Assembly: GCA_965202585.1 (NCBI GenBank)
Contig: OZ241826.1
Location: forward strand, 71,610,001-71,674,000
DNA: 64,000 nucleotides
Source of the DNA: Thalia democratica
Lineage: Eukaryota
Direction of reading: 5' to 3'
The translations under genes and the position numbers were made by a program. The notes beneath the pieces were generated by a model. It saw only the letters and a list, made by a program, of their open reading frames with translations. It was not told the origin of the DNA and made no database searches. Shown in pieces: positions 36,001 to 50,782 of the stretch. Numbering within the stretch: the stretch's first letter is position 1; the number at the start of each line of letters is the position of its first letter.

Positions 36001-39000
36001 AAAATAAAATACTTTTAAACTTTATATAGTACAGCAAAATTTAGAAAGTAACAGGTAGCAACAATACTAAAGAACTTTTCTAATAATGTTTAAAACGTTT
36101 TAAAAGCTATAAAGTAAGTTTACCGTTGTTAAAAAATCATTAAGTGTTAAATAAACGAAAGCCGTGAATTAAATAAGCTTATGTTATTAATAAGCAAAAT
36201 AATAATAATTTTTGAATTTGAAGAAGTTTGTTCTAACTACTTTAATAACATTTGAGAATAAATTATTTAAACTTTTTACTTAAGCAAGACCTTCTAAATC
36301 TAAAAAATTAGCTCAAAAAACTTTACTCAAGATCAAATCCTGAAGAAGAAATGGAGCCAGTATAGAGTGAGATAGTTGTAAGTATAGAAATAAATATACT
36401 GTTAGTAGAAAATTATATGATATAAATAAATTATTAAACTAAAGGTATATTTTTACGTTATTTTTTTTAGATAAAACAAAGTTTTGCTTAATAGGATTTA
36501 TTGGTAAAAAAAAAGTCTGAAAAATTTTATATATACTTGTTGAAGATATAAAAAGCAGACACAAAACAAAAAAAAAAGTGTCAAGTAAAATAAAACATGG
36601 CTAAGAAGGTTTTTATAAAATATTTAACTTTTATAAACTAAAAATGTGAAAGCTGTTATCATATTTAAAGTCCTTTTCGGACGAATGATAAGAATTAACT
36701 TTAAAAAAAATCCTGACTTTACAAACTTTTTTGTTAGACTGTAATATCTTAAATCTGTGAAATAATCCTTTAAAATGAATAAGATTTAAGGCTGTGTTTT
36801 TGTAGCTCTAAATTAGTATTTTTGGAGTTACAAATACAACTAAATCATAACACTCGTAGCTTTTGTACAGTTTTGTATTTCCTTACTACCTAGTTTGAAC
36901 TTTTTTTTGCTTTAAGAATAGCTGTGCACCAGCTATAAAAAATTAGGAAACCACTTATTTAGTCTAAAAGAAATAAAAAATTAAGTATCTTAAAAACAGT
37001 AACTTAAACACAGAAGATAAACTTTATTTAAAGATGTTTGAGGTAACATTTTTTGAATATAAAAATTACATTTTACTTTATTTGTCAGCTACTATTTACT
37101 ATTTTATATTTTTGTAGTCATTATACAAACTTATTAAATATGTTTCTCCAGATTTACTAATAACCTAAAAATATAAGTATAAATGTTTGTAGATAAAATA
37201 CTAGAGTCTAATGTATTGATGTAAGCATAAAATTTTGTTTTTTAAAGAAGTTTTTATAGATTAAACTCATACAACTTAGTTCGCTTACATATAGTTAACT
37301 AAAGTTAAATAGATAAAGTTAGAACATTGTTTAAAAAACCTGTCGCATGAACTACCTTTGAAAATTCTTGAATTATAGTTGTCAAAAATAATGTTGTGGC
37401 ATGTTATATGAAAGAATTATTGTTTTATGTTAGACCTTTTGAACCTTTAATATCAGTTTAATTTTTTTGATAATTTACTAATTAAAATGAATATCAAATT
37501 TTTTAATGTCATTCTTACGAAGCATTACTTCTTAAACATGTAGTAAAGTCTTCATTTACTTGAAATTATGATAGATCTGACAGTTACATTGCTAATTAAA
37601 ACTAAAAGGTATTTATTGATGATAAATTTCTGTTTTTTTTACAATCAATTCTTTGTAATTTTAAAATTAAGGTTTTAACTTTACGTACTATTTTATGTAT
37701 CAAAACCAGATTAAGTAAAGATAAAAATATCAATTAAACTTGAGTTCAGTAATCGTTTTATATAAGAAGTTTAAAACACATTCACACATGTTGTAATTTC
37801 AGTGCTGAAGCTGCACCCTTTGAATTCATTTTTAAAGCTAAGTTTTTAGTTTATGTTTCATTAGTAAATAGTATTGAATACTACACTCATTTTGATACTT
37901 ATTATTTCAAAATTAAACTTATAACACTATTGAGACAGTATACTCATAACATAAGACATAAAACTCTACTAATTTTTTTTTTACTTAATAATAAAAGATA
38001 TAAAAAATGAAACTTTTTTTTTTACCTGGTCAATGAACTTTTAATTGAAATGTTTAATTTAAACTAGATAAAGCAAAAATTGTGCATAAATAAGTATCTT
38101 AGACAATATTTAAAGAAATGCTTTATCTACAAGAACTTTTTAATGGTAGAGGAAAAAAAAAGTTTTTAAAAGAGTTTTATATATCTATTGAATGTTATTA
38201 GAAAAAGAAGGTATTACATCAGTATAAGTTTGATCTACTAAAATAAAATTACCTTTCAAATTAACCTTACTAAGGTCTAATAAACTAAATTTTCCCATAT
38301 AATTACACGAAGAATAGTTTTTATAATAATTGTTTATACATCAACACTTCAAGTACATATAAAATATTTGTGCTTTCATGTTTTAGCACCAACTTAAACT
38401 TGTTAAAGTTGTATTTAGTATACAAATAAGAGCAGTGTTTTATGTTAACTAAAATTTTGAGGGAAAACTTCAAGTAACCTTAATCATAAATAGAATTCAA
38501 CTTCAAAAATAATACACATGAAAACAACCTGTATTTTTATATCAACACTTTAGTGTTCATTATCACTTATGTATTAAAATTATAGCTCAGACTCGATAAT
38601 TTGTTTTGAAACGTGCAATTTACACTTTAACGCGTGTTAAATAAAATTTAGCTGGTTTTATAAGCATTACTACGATAAAATGCATTTTGCGTCAACTTCA
38701 AAAAACTTGTAGAAATCAAACTAAAAAACAAATGAATTATTTTATTGGTTACCTTGCTTTTGGTAGATTTTGAGAACTCGGGTAAAATATATGTTAAGTT
38801 AAACTGCACATTTTTGTTTAAAGAAAAAGGTTTAATATTAATTCCTTATTTGTTAATCAACGTTTTATATGTAAACTTTTACTTTGAAAATTTATATATA
38901 AACTCTAGCATTAAACCTAAAGATTCTAAAACTTTCTAAATCTAGGTAAATATAGTTATGATTAAGAAGTTATGATTAGAGATTAACTAAGTGTTAAGTT

Positions 39001-40379
39001 TATAGCTTTTGTATCATCTTGTTGAGAAATAACACAAATTTTCAGTTGACCGATTTTAAGTGTGAAAAAGTTAAACCAGAACAAAGTAGTTTGATAAGTT
39101 GCCATTAAAACAATCTTTAATATTTAAAAGAAATTCCTAACAATTGAAAAGTGTTAAAATATTATAGTAATCTTTAAGTAAACTAAGTTAGGGTTAACTA
39201 AGTTAATGAATATTAAAGTTAAACGAAAAACGTGATAATTTTTGGTTTTGTTAGAAGTAAATAGTAAAATTGCAAAAAACAAATAATTAAGTATAGGTTG
39301 AGCGATTAAAAAGTTTTTGTAATACTCAAAGTATATAATAAGTATGCATATCTAAATCTGTTTAAATTTTCCATTTAAGTTATTTGTAAACAGTAAAAAA
39401 AGCTAGAGTTATTTTAGTTATTCTGTTAAGTTTATTATAATAATTATAAATTGCTTACATTTTTGGTGTTTTTATAATAAAGAAAAACTAATAATAAGAG
39501 TTTAGTAAGACCGAATATATCTTATGAAGTTAAAAAAAATGTATTTATAACTACAAGGTTTTCCAAATTAAGAATAAAGGTAATGCACCAGATTAATATA
39601 TTTTTGTTAACTAATGAATTATCAATTGAACCTCGTTAAAAAATATGCCATTGACTTTAAATTAAATTAGAAAAAATTATTCAAGTCCTAATGATACTTT
39701 AAAATGAAATTATTTAAACTTGAATTAGTCATACAAAGCAATATTGTTTTTTCAGTTTTTCTAATGAGCTAAATGAAAAATAATATATTTGTTACGTATT
39801 TATTACTTTTATCATAACATCTAGTAATTTCAGTTTAGTACGAAATATTTAAGGTTAATAAAAGCATATATTAGTAATATTAACTGTCAATAAATGATGC
39901 ATAGTCTAGTTAAACGCATTTAGTAAAACAAACCACCATAATAATTTTATAGGCTGTTTCGCGACAGTAATTGTATAATTATCTTTACCATACAATGTGT
40001 ACATATTATTTTTTCAAATGAGTTTTGTACCTACATATTGTTCTTAGTCATTGTTAAATTATTCATCTTTCCGGTTGATTACAAAAATAAGAAAAATTTA
40101 TGTCTAGCTACAATTTGGTTGTTTTGATAAACATTGAATTAATTAACAAGAACTTTTATAGGAATTTTAAATAAACTTAACTTCAATTGATTTACTTAAA
40201 GTAGGCGTTTGATGTATAGTTGTATTTATTCAACTGAACACAGTAGCTTTTGTTTGAAGCTTAAGTAGCATGTATTCTATACAACAAGTAGCTTAAATTG
40301 TATCGCTATAATTAAAAGCATATCCTGTTTCAAAGACGTTGTTTTGGAAGAAAACTCGCAAGAGTAACAATAAAAATAT

Positions 40380-40700
40380 TTTTAATCAATTACCGGCACT
40401 AGTACCAGATAAATTAAATCTGGGTGGTCGCTCGCTAATGAAACTTGAAACTTTGAAAATTTATAATTATGCTTTTAGCGGTTAATGCTGCAAGAATTCT
40501 CGACACGACCTATTTGTCTCACTTGCGTTTAAATGCATGCTAATGAAATTAGTCTTCACTTATGGGATTTGCTCGGTAAGTAGGTAAACTTCATTACAAG
40601 GCTATTCTGGCCAGTTTGCACCGCTGCTCGCAATGTCAATAAAACTATCAATTTTCTCACGTAGAGAAAATAGCAGTTAGCTTGTTTTCAAAGTTGAGCT
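40380..40700. promoter_or_regulatory. GC-elevated non-coding island, candidate enhancer
   Basis: Local GC and CpG rise with no ORF; clustered TAAT and ATGCTAAT motifs. Inference only. Confidence 0.25.
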
Positions 40701-43700
40701 TTAAATTAAGTAGCTTAAAGCTTTTGCTTTCCTTAGCTTTGAACACTATTAGAACATCTGTTGGTAAATAAAAGGATATACATTTTTGGAACAGTGATAA
40801 GTTCTAATTAAATAACAATTTAGTTCAATTCGGTTAATGTTTGTACAGCACGTTTCAGATCATAAACTTGAACGGGCAGCCCTGTGTAAGTTTCTAAACA
40901 ATTTAGCATTGAAAAATTCAAGATATTAGAAATGCTGTCGGAATGTTTTACTCACTAAAAACAAGCACGATTTACAAGTAAACTTTGTATAAATCAATTC
41001 CTACTAAAAACTTTATCTCGAGTTTATATCAAAGTCTGCCTAATTTTAGCTCAAAAAAGCTTGCAGGAATTCAATGTATATGTAAATCCAATTTAATTCA
41101 TAAAATTATATGTCACTAAAATTTTTTTTTTAAACCAGTAAAACATATTGAAAATACATTTTTTAATACTATTTTTTTATAGTTTACTTGTGTTCTAATT
41201 ATAATTTTTAATTTGATAAGTTATTAAACAAAGTCTAATTTTGATTTGATTTTAAGTCGTGCAGTTTATACTTTATATTGTAACATAATAAATTTAGAAA
41301 AATATCTAGAAAGACTTCTAAAAAAGTTAATAACCTGTTTAAAAATAAAAGTTTAAAAATCGAGTAGCAAAGTAAAACAAAAGTCTTAATAAATGAATTG
41401 CAAGCAGTTATTTTTTGTCCTTTGTCGTAAAAATTTTTTTTTTAGTAAAGTTTTAGTTTAAAAGTGTACCATAAAACTTTCATTTTAAGAAAGGTATAGT
41501 CCTATGAATTCTTTTTTCATAGTTCAGACTATATCTATTAAAACATATATAAACATTGAGAGAAATCAACTGTTATTTTATTGTTGAAAAAAATTCAATA
41601 TTTATATCTAAAGTATAAAATGTATATTATTAGCATATTTCAAGTAAAACTTTGTTTAATACCAAAACAAGCATTTTAAAAAATTATAATTAAATCCGAA
41701 AATATGAAAGAACACTTTATTTAAAAGCATTTTAACTAAATTAGTAGCTTGAAAAAAAGATAATTAAAATACTTAAATGATAAAAAACGATAGCTATTTT
41801 AATTAATTTTATTCTTAAAGATGTATTTATAAGTTTTTAATCGCACTTTAGGTTTGAAAAGCTACAATTTGTTCCCTACATCTTGTTTACTTTTGATAAA
41901 GTTGTTACACGACAACAAAAGCTTCTTTTGAAGTTATCTATTTATTTAAAAAATTAAACTAAAAGCTTAACTTAAAAATTAATAATTCAAAATATTTTGT
42001 TACTAAATTAAAATTGTTTACAATTTATCCATCTTAATATCTTGTACCTAAAAAAATCAAATCATTATTACTTATATTAGCTCGGTTTTTGTTTTCCGGC
42101 TTTTAATTATAATTTTGATAATTTTATTATTTGTTTTTGTTGATTCATATGTAACCTTTAGTTTTGCAATCTTAAACTTGTACATAAAGTATTCGATCAA
42201 CTGTGGAATTTCGTTAGTTCAGTATAAAACATACACTGCTAAAATGTTTACTAACTTGCTTACTTCTTTGTTTAAGCAATCATGACACTAAACTAAATAT
42301 TTGTTTTTAGTTCTTTAACTATCTGAGCTATTAACTAAACTATCAGTTGTTATTAAAACAGTTTTTACCTTGTCAAAAAAAATTGATTATGGAATCATTT
42401 TAAAGTGTTGAAAGATATAACAGTATGTTCAGCCAAAAAATATATTTTTTTTAATTAAATTAATTATTTCACTTAACAATATGTCTAGTATGATTCGCTT
42501 GAAGTTATCTTACAAACAGAGTTATTTTTTAAGTTAAGACATAAAAGTTTCAATTAAGCAAACATTTTAAATTAAGGTATTTTTTATATGCAAGTAAGTT
42601 TATGAGACGTTTATAGAGCTTTTTTAAATTTAGCACAATTTTTTTTGTTAGTTTAATTTTTAACAGAACCGTTTCTTTTCGCTAGAATTTTAATTACTCT
42701 TTAGTTGAAACTTTTTTGTTTTGAGAAAAGTAAAAGCTTGTACGTTCGTTTGACGTTGATTATAGTTATTTTTTAATATAGGTTAGTGGTTATGCATCTG
42801 TTGGGTTTCAAATGTTATAAATATAAAGTTTTCAAGTGAATATAAAACTAAAAGGAAACTTTATGTTGATTTTAAATTTAAGCATTTACATAAAGAAATA
42901 ACAAAAAAAACCTTGAAGTAAAACAACCAAATTGTGTAAGTTACTGATTCTTTATAAAGTTATACAGGTCTTTCCTGTAGTTTTTCGTAGTATTAAGAGT
43001 TTAAAATTTAGTAACTAAATGTACACACTTTAGGTAGCTTATTTTGTGAAAGTGTAGTATGACAGTTTATAAAAAATATTTAGAAATAAAAATTTATTTT
43101 CCCAGAAAATAAAAAATATTTTTTTTTAACAAGTTGCATTAGCTTACCATGCATAATTTGTTGTAGGAGCTAAAATTACTTAAAAAAACTTGTTTTGGAA
43201 GAAACTTAAAATCTCATTTAAGTTGTTTTCAAACATTAAACGTACTTAATACTTTGATCATTAAGCTTTCTTTTAATTAACGAATATCCCTTAATTTTAG
43301 AGGGTAAACGTAATTTATTGAATAAGTTTCATAAGTTTTTATCCTTCAATTTTAAGGTAACAAGATAACATTTATTAAAAAATCCACTTGTTCTTTACTT
43401 AAAAATCTTACACACACTTTTCTTTTTGCAAACTTAATACCTCTGTATTTTAAGTAGTTAAAAAACTTATTAGGATAAATAATTTCGAGTAATTTTAATT
43501 TACTTAAATCTACATTACATTTAGAGTAAGCAACTTTATAAACAAAAACAAAAACATTTTGGTCTAACCTAGTTAACGAAAAAAACTATAACTATTGTTT
43601 TGTTAAATAGGAAATTATTGTTCTATATTTTTTGTAGAAAAGTTATCCAGTTTTGAAACATAAAACTAATAAATACAACTGTACTATTAAATTATCTAAA

Positions 43701-46249
43701 GATTTGTAATACTTTTTTGAAGTATTTACACGAATGATTCTAAGTTAAATGCTTGGTGTTAATAAAAAAATATGTTTGCTAGTTCATTTGTATCATTTTA
43801 AGTAAACATTAGTGCATTAAAAATAATTAAGTAACCAGAATTTATTTGTTAATACTAAGACTTTGATAGTTTCTGTACAATTTTACTTTAACTAAGCAAG
43901 TGAACAGTAAAACTTTTTGCAAAAGTTTAAAACTTTGATAAACTTTATACAACAAAACTTTATAAAATGGTTACATAAAATTGGTTAAATACTATATTTT
44001 AACATTTGTTCAAAGTTCTATTTAAAAAAATCAGAAAACAGAAAGTTAATCACATAAATTTTGACCAAGAAGTAAACTTTCATAAAACTATATATATACC
44101 TTGTTAAAATAGGCAAATTGTTAAAGTTCAATAAATTTTAAAGTATAAATAAATTTCTTTGATACGTTTTATTTGCTTTTGATACGAGTTTATTTTTAGA
44201 AAACATACTGTATAGAATATGTCATATTTAAAATAAACCAACATTAAAAAAATTATTCAAATAAATGTTTTTGTATTATGCGGTTTATTTATATTTACAT
44301 TCTTTTAAGTATTTAGTGGTTTGTTGTTTGCATAAACACGACCAAAATATAACATATTGGACAATGGCATTTTTTAATTGTAAAATTTATTATATTTAAA
44401 ACTATTAAACGGTTTTATCGCAATCATTGCTTAAAAAACAGCTAAAAATTAAAACCTTAAAAGTATTTTTTGATGTAATTAATTTCATGTTAACAACTCT
44501 TGTCAGTAAAATACTTTTTTTTAACTAAATCAAAACAGACATATAAGTAAAGTTAATTAACGTTAAACACTTTACAAGAAAAAACCTGAAATAAAACAAT
44601 TTTTAGTTGAAAGATCACTTTAAAATAAACCAGTTAAGCTGATCAAAATTGTAAGTTTCAAACGAAAAATTTAAACTTTCTAATAAACGAATTCTTACTT
44701 ACGGCACGCCAGATATACGATAAGTCGATTAAGCCGAGAAAAAGAGCAAAAGTGTAAACAGCTAAAAAGTATTTTCACCTTTGATCTGCCTTCAAAGATG
44801 TACAACCGTCTGTTTTGTTTATATTCTGCTAATCAATAAACATTAACCTTAAAACATGCTTGTAGGAGGTGCAAACTTTGTATGCGTTATTTTATGAGAG
44901 TATACATCAAAAGGTTTTGAGCTTGATGCATCAGTGTATCATTTTTGGCTGCATCATATCAATCTTAAGATTTCAAAACTTATTTTATTGAATATTTTCT
45001 ATTTTATCTTACTTGAACACATTTACTAAGTAAATAAGGTTCGAAGTTTTCAACATTAAAAGGTATTTTAAAGTTTAAAATCTATGTGAAAATTTTAAAA
45101 TATCAAAAAATTAAAATCAGTAAATTTTTATATCATTTTAATAGCTTACTAAAACAAAATTATACTTTTTCTATAACAAAATAACACATTAATGTTATGT
45201 TTTTTAATATCTCCTTTAACAAAATTCTAACAAATTTGTCTACAATCAATAGAATTGTTGTATTGAAAGTAGACCGTATGAGTAGTAAAGTTATTTTCCT
45301 TGTCATGACTAACAATTTCAAAGCAGAAACAAGCATGTAACCAAAATTAATAAATTAAATGTTCGTGTCCGCTTTGGTCTACATTGTTTTTTAAAGTAAA
45401 ACACTGCTTTCAACGGAAAGTTTGTTTATACACATATACTTCACGCTACCAATTTAATTTATGACATTTTTATGTTTGTATAGTTGACACCGTTTAGTGC
45501 GAGATTCGAATAGTTGTACAGTGTTTTATTGTTTTCAAAAATTTTGCACGCTTTTTTATAATAAAAGTTTTTTTTTCAAGCTTAATAAAGCTAGTCTGTT
45601 TATTTTGTAATTTTTAATACTTGCAATTATCTGTACTTTAACCTTTTTTAAGTAGTAAAAAATGCATTTGTTAGTAATAAACGAGCAATAAATTGAACGC
45701 TTTGAGTTTTGTTAAAAATAAGCTTTAACATGCTAGTTTTTTTATTGCCACAATAAAAGCTTGATTGTATTAGTTATACATTTAAACATTGTACGGTTCT
45801 ACAAGTGTATTTCTGAAACACAAATATGCTTTTACCAAGACATCATGTTTTAAAATTAAGTTTGATAAAATCTGAAAAAAACTCTAACCAAGCTTGAAAT
45901 AAAATGTAGCAAAGCATACGTCCGTGCTTGTAAACTTTAAACTTCAAAGCCACGGTTTAGATTGACATTTTTGTTTATGCATTTAATAGTGAACAACCGC
46001 TATTAAGTAGTTTACTGCTTAGTTTTGAAATATCTCCCTTATCAAATTTAATGCATTATTAAATATGTACCGAAAAATTATTTAAACTATAAGATTTGTC
46101 TCGCGCTTTAACAATGATTATAGTTCGAAATCGAAAACATTTTTTTTTAGCAAACTCGAAAAAGGTCATTTTCATGTGTATAAATATAATGAAAAATAAA
46201 AGTTTTGTACAATATTTTATAAAAGAAAAGTTTTGACTTTATATAAAAA

Positions 46250-47450
46250 TTTAAACTCGTCAATTCGAACTTGCTCTCTCAAATTTTAGCGCCTTTTTCA
46301 TACAATTGCAAGAAGGCAAGCTCTCAGCGCTTAGTGAAGAGGCGTCTAAATCAATGACAGAGTAAAAGGTGTATTGAGAACGCTCAGCTAGTTAGTAGTG
46401 CTTTGATTATTATTAGTAGCATTTAGTTATGATCACAACAAGCTATTTGTGTAGTTTTAATATATGTGTTTTTAATAGATCAAAGGCTTGGTTTTGTATT
46501 ATGCTACGGCATGCTTGTACGCTCATAAACCTTCAGCAAAAAGGTTGTTAGCATTTAAGGTGTTTTTATAGGCAAAAACCGCGCCTTAGATTTGCGATTT
46601 TCAATCAACCAGAAGCAATCACTTTTGTGTATTTAGGCCGAATTAAATCAAATCAATCAGGCTTCAGCGTGTAATGTAAACTGCGCTCGCTGAATGCGGC
46701 TCTCAGCAATTACAACGGCTTAGCGGCGAGCGTGAAGGTAAATTGAAATTGCCTCACAATAGAAAAGAAAACACATGAAGTTATGTATTTTGTTGAAGTT
46801 AGTGTAAACAAGAGAGAAATGTATTGATGAGACGAAGTCGCAACATTGCTGCTGCGTTCCATCACAACGCCAGCTTACCAGTGGATTAGCTTTCAAGTGG
46901 CTTGATTTCGCCACTTTTTTGCCTACACACAGTCTGAGGTAGCCGCGTCGTTTGTTTGATAGATGAGATAATAAGTTTTATTCGTTTTTATTTATTCAGA
47001 GATGGATTTGGATGAATTTGAACTTTAGAAGTTGGTGATTAATTTGTTCGCATGTCGGTGTGTGGTTTTTTAAGTTGCAAATAAACATTTGCATGATTCT
47101 TCGTTTTATCATAATTTTCTGCGTTTCACGACTTAAACATTTTTCTTGCCCGCACCGCAGAAGGCTAGATTAATAAGTTAAGCATTTATCAAAAGCTGTC
47201 TAACGCTCTCAGCTTTTCGTAAACAACCTGGACAATAGATGGCTGCAGCTGTTGACGGACATATAAAGTCACCTGCTCCAGCTCGGTTATGGGTGATTGA
47301 TTGCATTTTTCATCAAATGGCCGTTATCATCTTGACTCAAGGTTATCAATATCATTATCATATCTCAGGCTTCGGCTTAATAAGTATCACGAAAAGAAAA
47401 TAGGTCAGCGATGAGTTTTAGACGAAAAGTTGACAATCCTATTACTGCAG
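46250..47450. promoter_or_regulatory. GC-elevated non-coding island, candidate promoter/enhancer upstream of the LRR gene
   Basis: CpG-retaining block in the AT desert with E-boxes (CAGCTG, CACCTG, CAAATG) and ACAAT Sox-like sites; no convincing exon. Confidence 0.3.
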
Positions 47451-49899
47451 ATATGATAATTTGTAAATAAAGATTAAGGTCTTATCTGAAACGTATTAGT
47501 TTTCTAGCTGGTGAATGACAAGACTGGTTTTGCTCTTTTTAGGTTTTTTTTTAAGGAAAAGTATTCTTATCTTATTTCGACTTAAAAGACATCCAGCAGT
47601 TTCTTACCTTTGAAAGATAATAAGATAAGATCTAAATCATAATATGTCTCACTTTACGCCCAAACCCAAGAGTTAAAAGATCAATTTTGTAATTTCAAAC
47701 CTTTTGACGTTTTGTAATAAACAGTAAGATCCATTCAAAGGGAAGTCATAAAGTAACTATATGAAGTAAGAAAGTGTTTGTTTCCTAAGAAACTTTTATT
47801 ACAGCTTAGTTTTATTTTAACTTAACGTCTTTCAAGATTAATTCTCTTATCTTTAACTTTTCCCACAATAGCACAAAGGTACCAATAGAAACTATTTAAA
47901 TTTTTTTAAAGTAATTTGTTATGTAAATACTTACCTCAAGAAAATAAATAGCAGCTTTTAAGCTAAAGTTCCTAGCACTCATGTTACTAACTGACCATAA
48001 TTTTCCAAATGATATAATAATGAAAGAAATACTTTTAAATGCAAAGGCAAATATTTACTTTCAAAATACACATTATATTTTTTTACCATTACGATTTTGA
48101 AAGTGCCCAGCCAGAAGTGTATTTGTAGAACACTTAAAAGCTAATGTTCGTTGAAAGGTTTTAATGGTGGTTTAGGCTTCGTGCTTTTCATTTGCTAAAG
48201 CTGCCAAAAAGGTGAGAAATTAACTTCAAAAGATTAGCTAAACGGTGAAAAGAAATTTGTCAAAAGTAACTTCGAAAGTTTTTGTTAAAAGTAATTTGTT
48301 TGATAGTTTTATGATAACAATAGAGTAGCAAAGTAGTGAGAAAGTATTTTATAAAAAGGAAGGAAAAATTTAAAGAAATTAATTTTAAGCATAAAATTCT
48401 AACATTTAGTAGTTTCTTAAATAGATTAAATTAATGCACATATCAAATATGTGATTATATTAAAAAAAATTAGCCAAAGACAAGTAATTTAAACATATCC
48501 TAACATGACACTTTACAATTTAATGGTGTTTGATATTGACATCCAGTTTAACTTTATAATTTATTTTATAATTCTAAAAAAACTAAGTTCTAGTTTTGTA
48601 AACTATTATTATAACTGAAAAAAATTATTTATTGGTTAATATTTAATATTAGTTTATGAGATTTAAACTGTTTTTTCACATAGTTATTAAACTTTCATTT
48701 GATTTATTTACAAAGAAAATATTATTTCGTTTTTTTTTGTGAATGTTTTATAATTGTTTATAAAATACATATTTTATAACTTAACTTTTAGATTCAAGTT
48801 TGAAAATGTAAACTTTAGAATTTATATTTTTTGAAATTGTATAAAAAAAATTTTCAAGTTAATTTATTTGTTTAAATTTTAACACTATTGTCAATTTAAG
48901 TAAAATAAATTCAAAAAATCACACTAATTTCTGATAGAAAATAGATAAGTCACGTGTCCATCACTAGCTTCTGTGAGCTGGACTTCCTGTAAGTAGCTGT
49001 GAAATTTTCTCAATGCTAAAGCACTAAAGCTGTTTTACTACTACGTATTAAAACTTTATTTAAACTTTTTGCTTTTTAAGTAGTAATTTTCTTAATTAAA
49101 CATTATCAGATTATTGGCAATAAGCTAGCAACAGTTAGGTGATTGATTAATATAAAAATGCTTAAAATTTACTAATTTAGCTTTTATTTTTCTAAATTGA
49201 TTAGTACAATGTTTTTTTGTTTGTTTAAGGAAAACCTTAAACTTTAAAGCTTAAGTATTTCAACATTTAGAACTTAAATTTTTACAACAGCTTTCTTTAA
49301 TGTATTTGTGTTGGTTTTCTAACCAGCTAAGTCAAATTTTTAAGAACACGAAAGCTTGCGTTAGTTTAAGAAAAAAACTTATAACAGTATAATAGTAGAA
49401 GAATAAGTAATGGTTTTGTCATCATTCTAATTGTTTACAACTCATATCATTATAGTAGTTTTAATTGTTTCTAGTTTAGTATAAAGTTCAGTTTTTATAT
49501 TTAAAACTTATTCGGCTACTTTCAACAAAAATGTGTTCATTACTAATTTTTTTAAATTAAAAAAGCAATAAAGTTGAAATCAATTTGTACTTCTCTGTTA
49601 TTTTCACCTGGAGTTTTCTAGTTTGGAGATGTTTATACCTAAGATTAGTTTTTTATGGAGAACTTTTAGAACTTGATTTAGTAAGAATATAGTTTAATCA
49701 GAATGATATTTATTAAACTTATTATTGAAACAAGCTAAGCTAATCATGAATCATCACAGTTTTTACAAATACAAATGAAACACTTACATCACTAAACGTT
49801 TTTATACAATGAAGTAAGGTTGAATTTCAAAAATTGTTTTAATCATCTTTTATCATATAAAAGCCATCTTTTAAAACTACTAGTAGGTTTAAAATACAA

Positions 49900-50330
49900 G
49901 GGACTTCACAAGCAGTGAGCAAGGCGCACAGTTGATGCTGAACAGACTTTCGAGCCACCCCTTTGAGCTCAAACATTAATATTGGCTTATACCCGGCCCC
50001 TAGCATGAGTCAAATTTCATTGAGCGATCAATCTCACTTGACCTCGTTCGCAAACAGATGGTCACCTTATAAATTGGCAAACAAATTCGCTGTGCCTTTA
50101 TCTTGAAGCGTTTGGCCGTTATCTCCATCTATCCAAATGTCAGCAGCTAAAAGTTGAGCAAAAAAAAAAGTTGTTGTAGAAATATTTTGATTTTATCGAC
50201 ATGTTATAATGAAAATTCCATGTTATCGACCGAAAAAGCCCTTTTTCTGCATCATTTGGGCTGCACTAATGCGCCGCTGTTTTAATGGCTTTCTCAGACT
50301 TAAATATTTGAACTTCGGGGACAAAGGATC
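49900..50330. promoter_or_regulatory. GC-elevated island about 0.5 kb upstream of the LRR first coding exon
   Basis: E-boxes CAGTTG, CAGATG and CAAATG, and an AP-1 motif TGAGTCA; the position is consistent with a promoter or enhancer. Confidence 0.3.
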
Positions 50331-50782
50331 GTTTTTTAATTTTATTTTTATATATTCAAAGGAAAGTTATATATTTATATATATGTTTTTAGTATGAATA
50401 TAAAAGTAAGTAATTTGTTAAAGCAAAATATTTTAAAGATATTATAATGTATATTTATAGTTAGCTATATTGTTGTTGCAGTTATTGTTATTCTAAAAGT
50501 CAGAAAAACTTTATCATTAAAAATTTAGTTTAGATTTAAATAAAAATATGCATTTTTGTTAATTTTTTCAAGCTAAATTTAAACCTATTAAGACTGGCTT
50601 TAATTTCGACTAAAGTAGCAGGTATAATTTAATGCGTGGTGTAGATATTTTACCGATTATAAAACAGTTTTAACGGAAATTTTAATGTTTTAACGAAAAT
50701 TAACTAAATTTGTTGCAAACTAAATGTTTTTTGCAGATTAAATCTTGTTTACAATCTATTTAAAATGATATAGCAGAACATC

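Noticed and set aside
30770-48995. Strong isolated splice signals (poly-T GCAG at about 30790; GTAAGT at 40576 and 48989) suggesting non-coding exons
   Set aside because: Several such hexamers are expected by chance in 23 kb at this base composition; no paired exon could be supported.
28278-50397. Short AT-rich ORFs of 60-70 aa (28278, 29762, 31511, 38745, 46720, 50209)
   Set aside because: Composition matches intergenic DNA, with no motifs or compatible splice chains.
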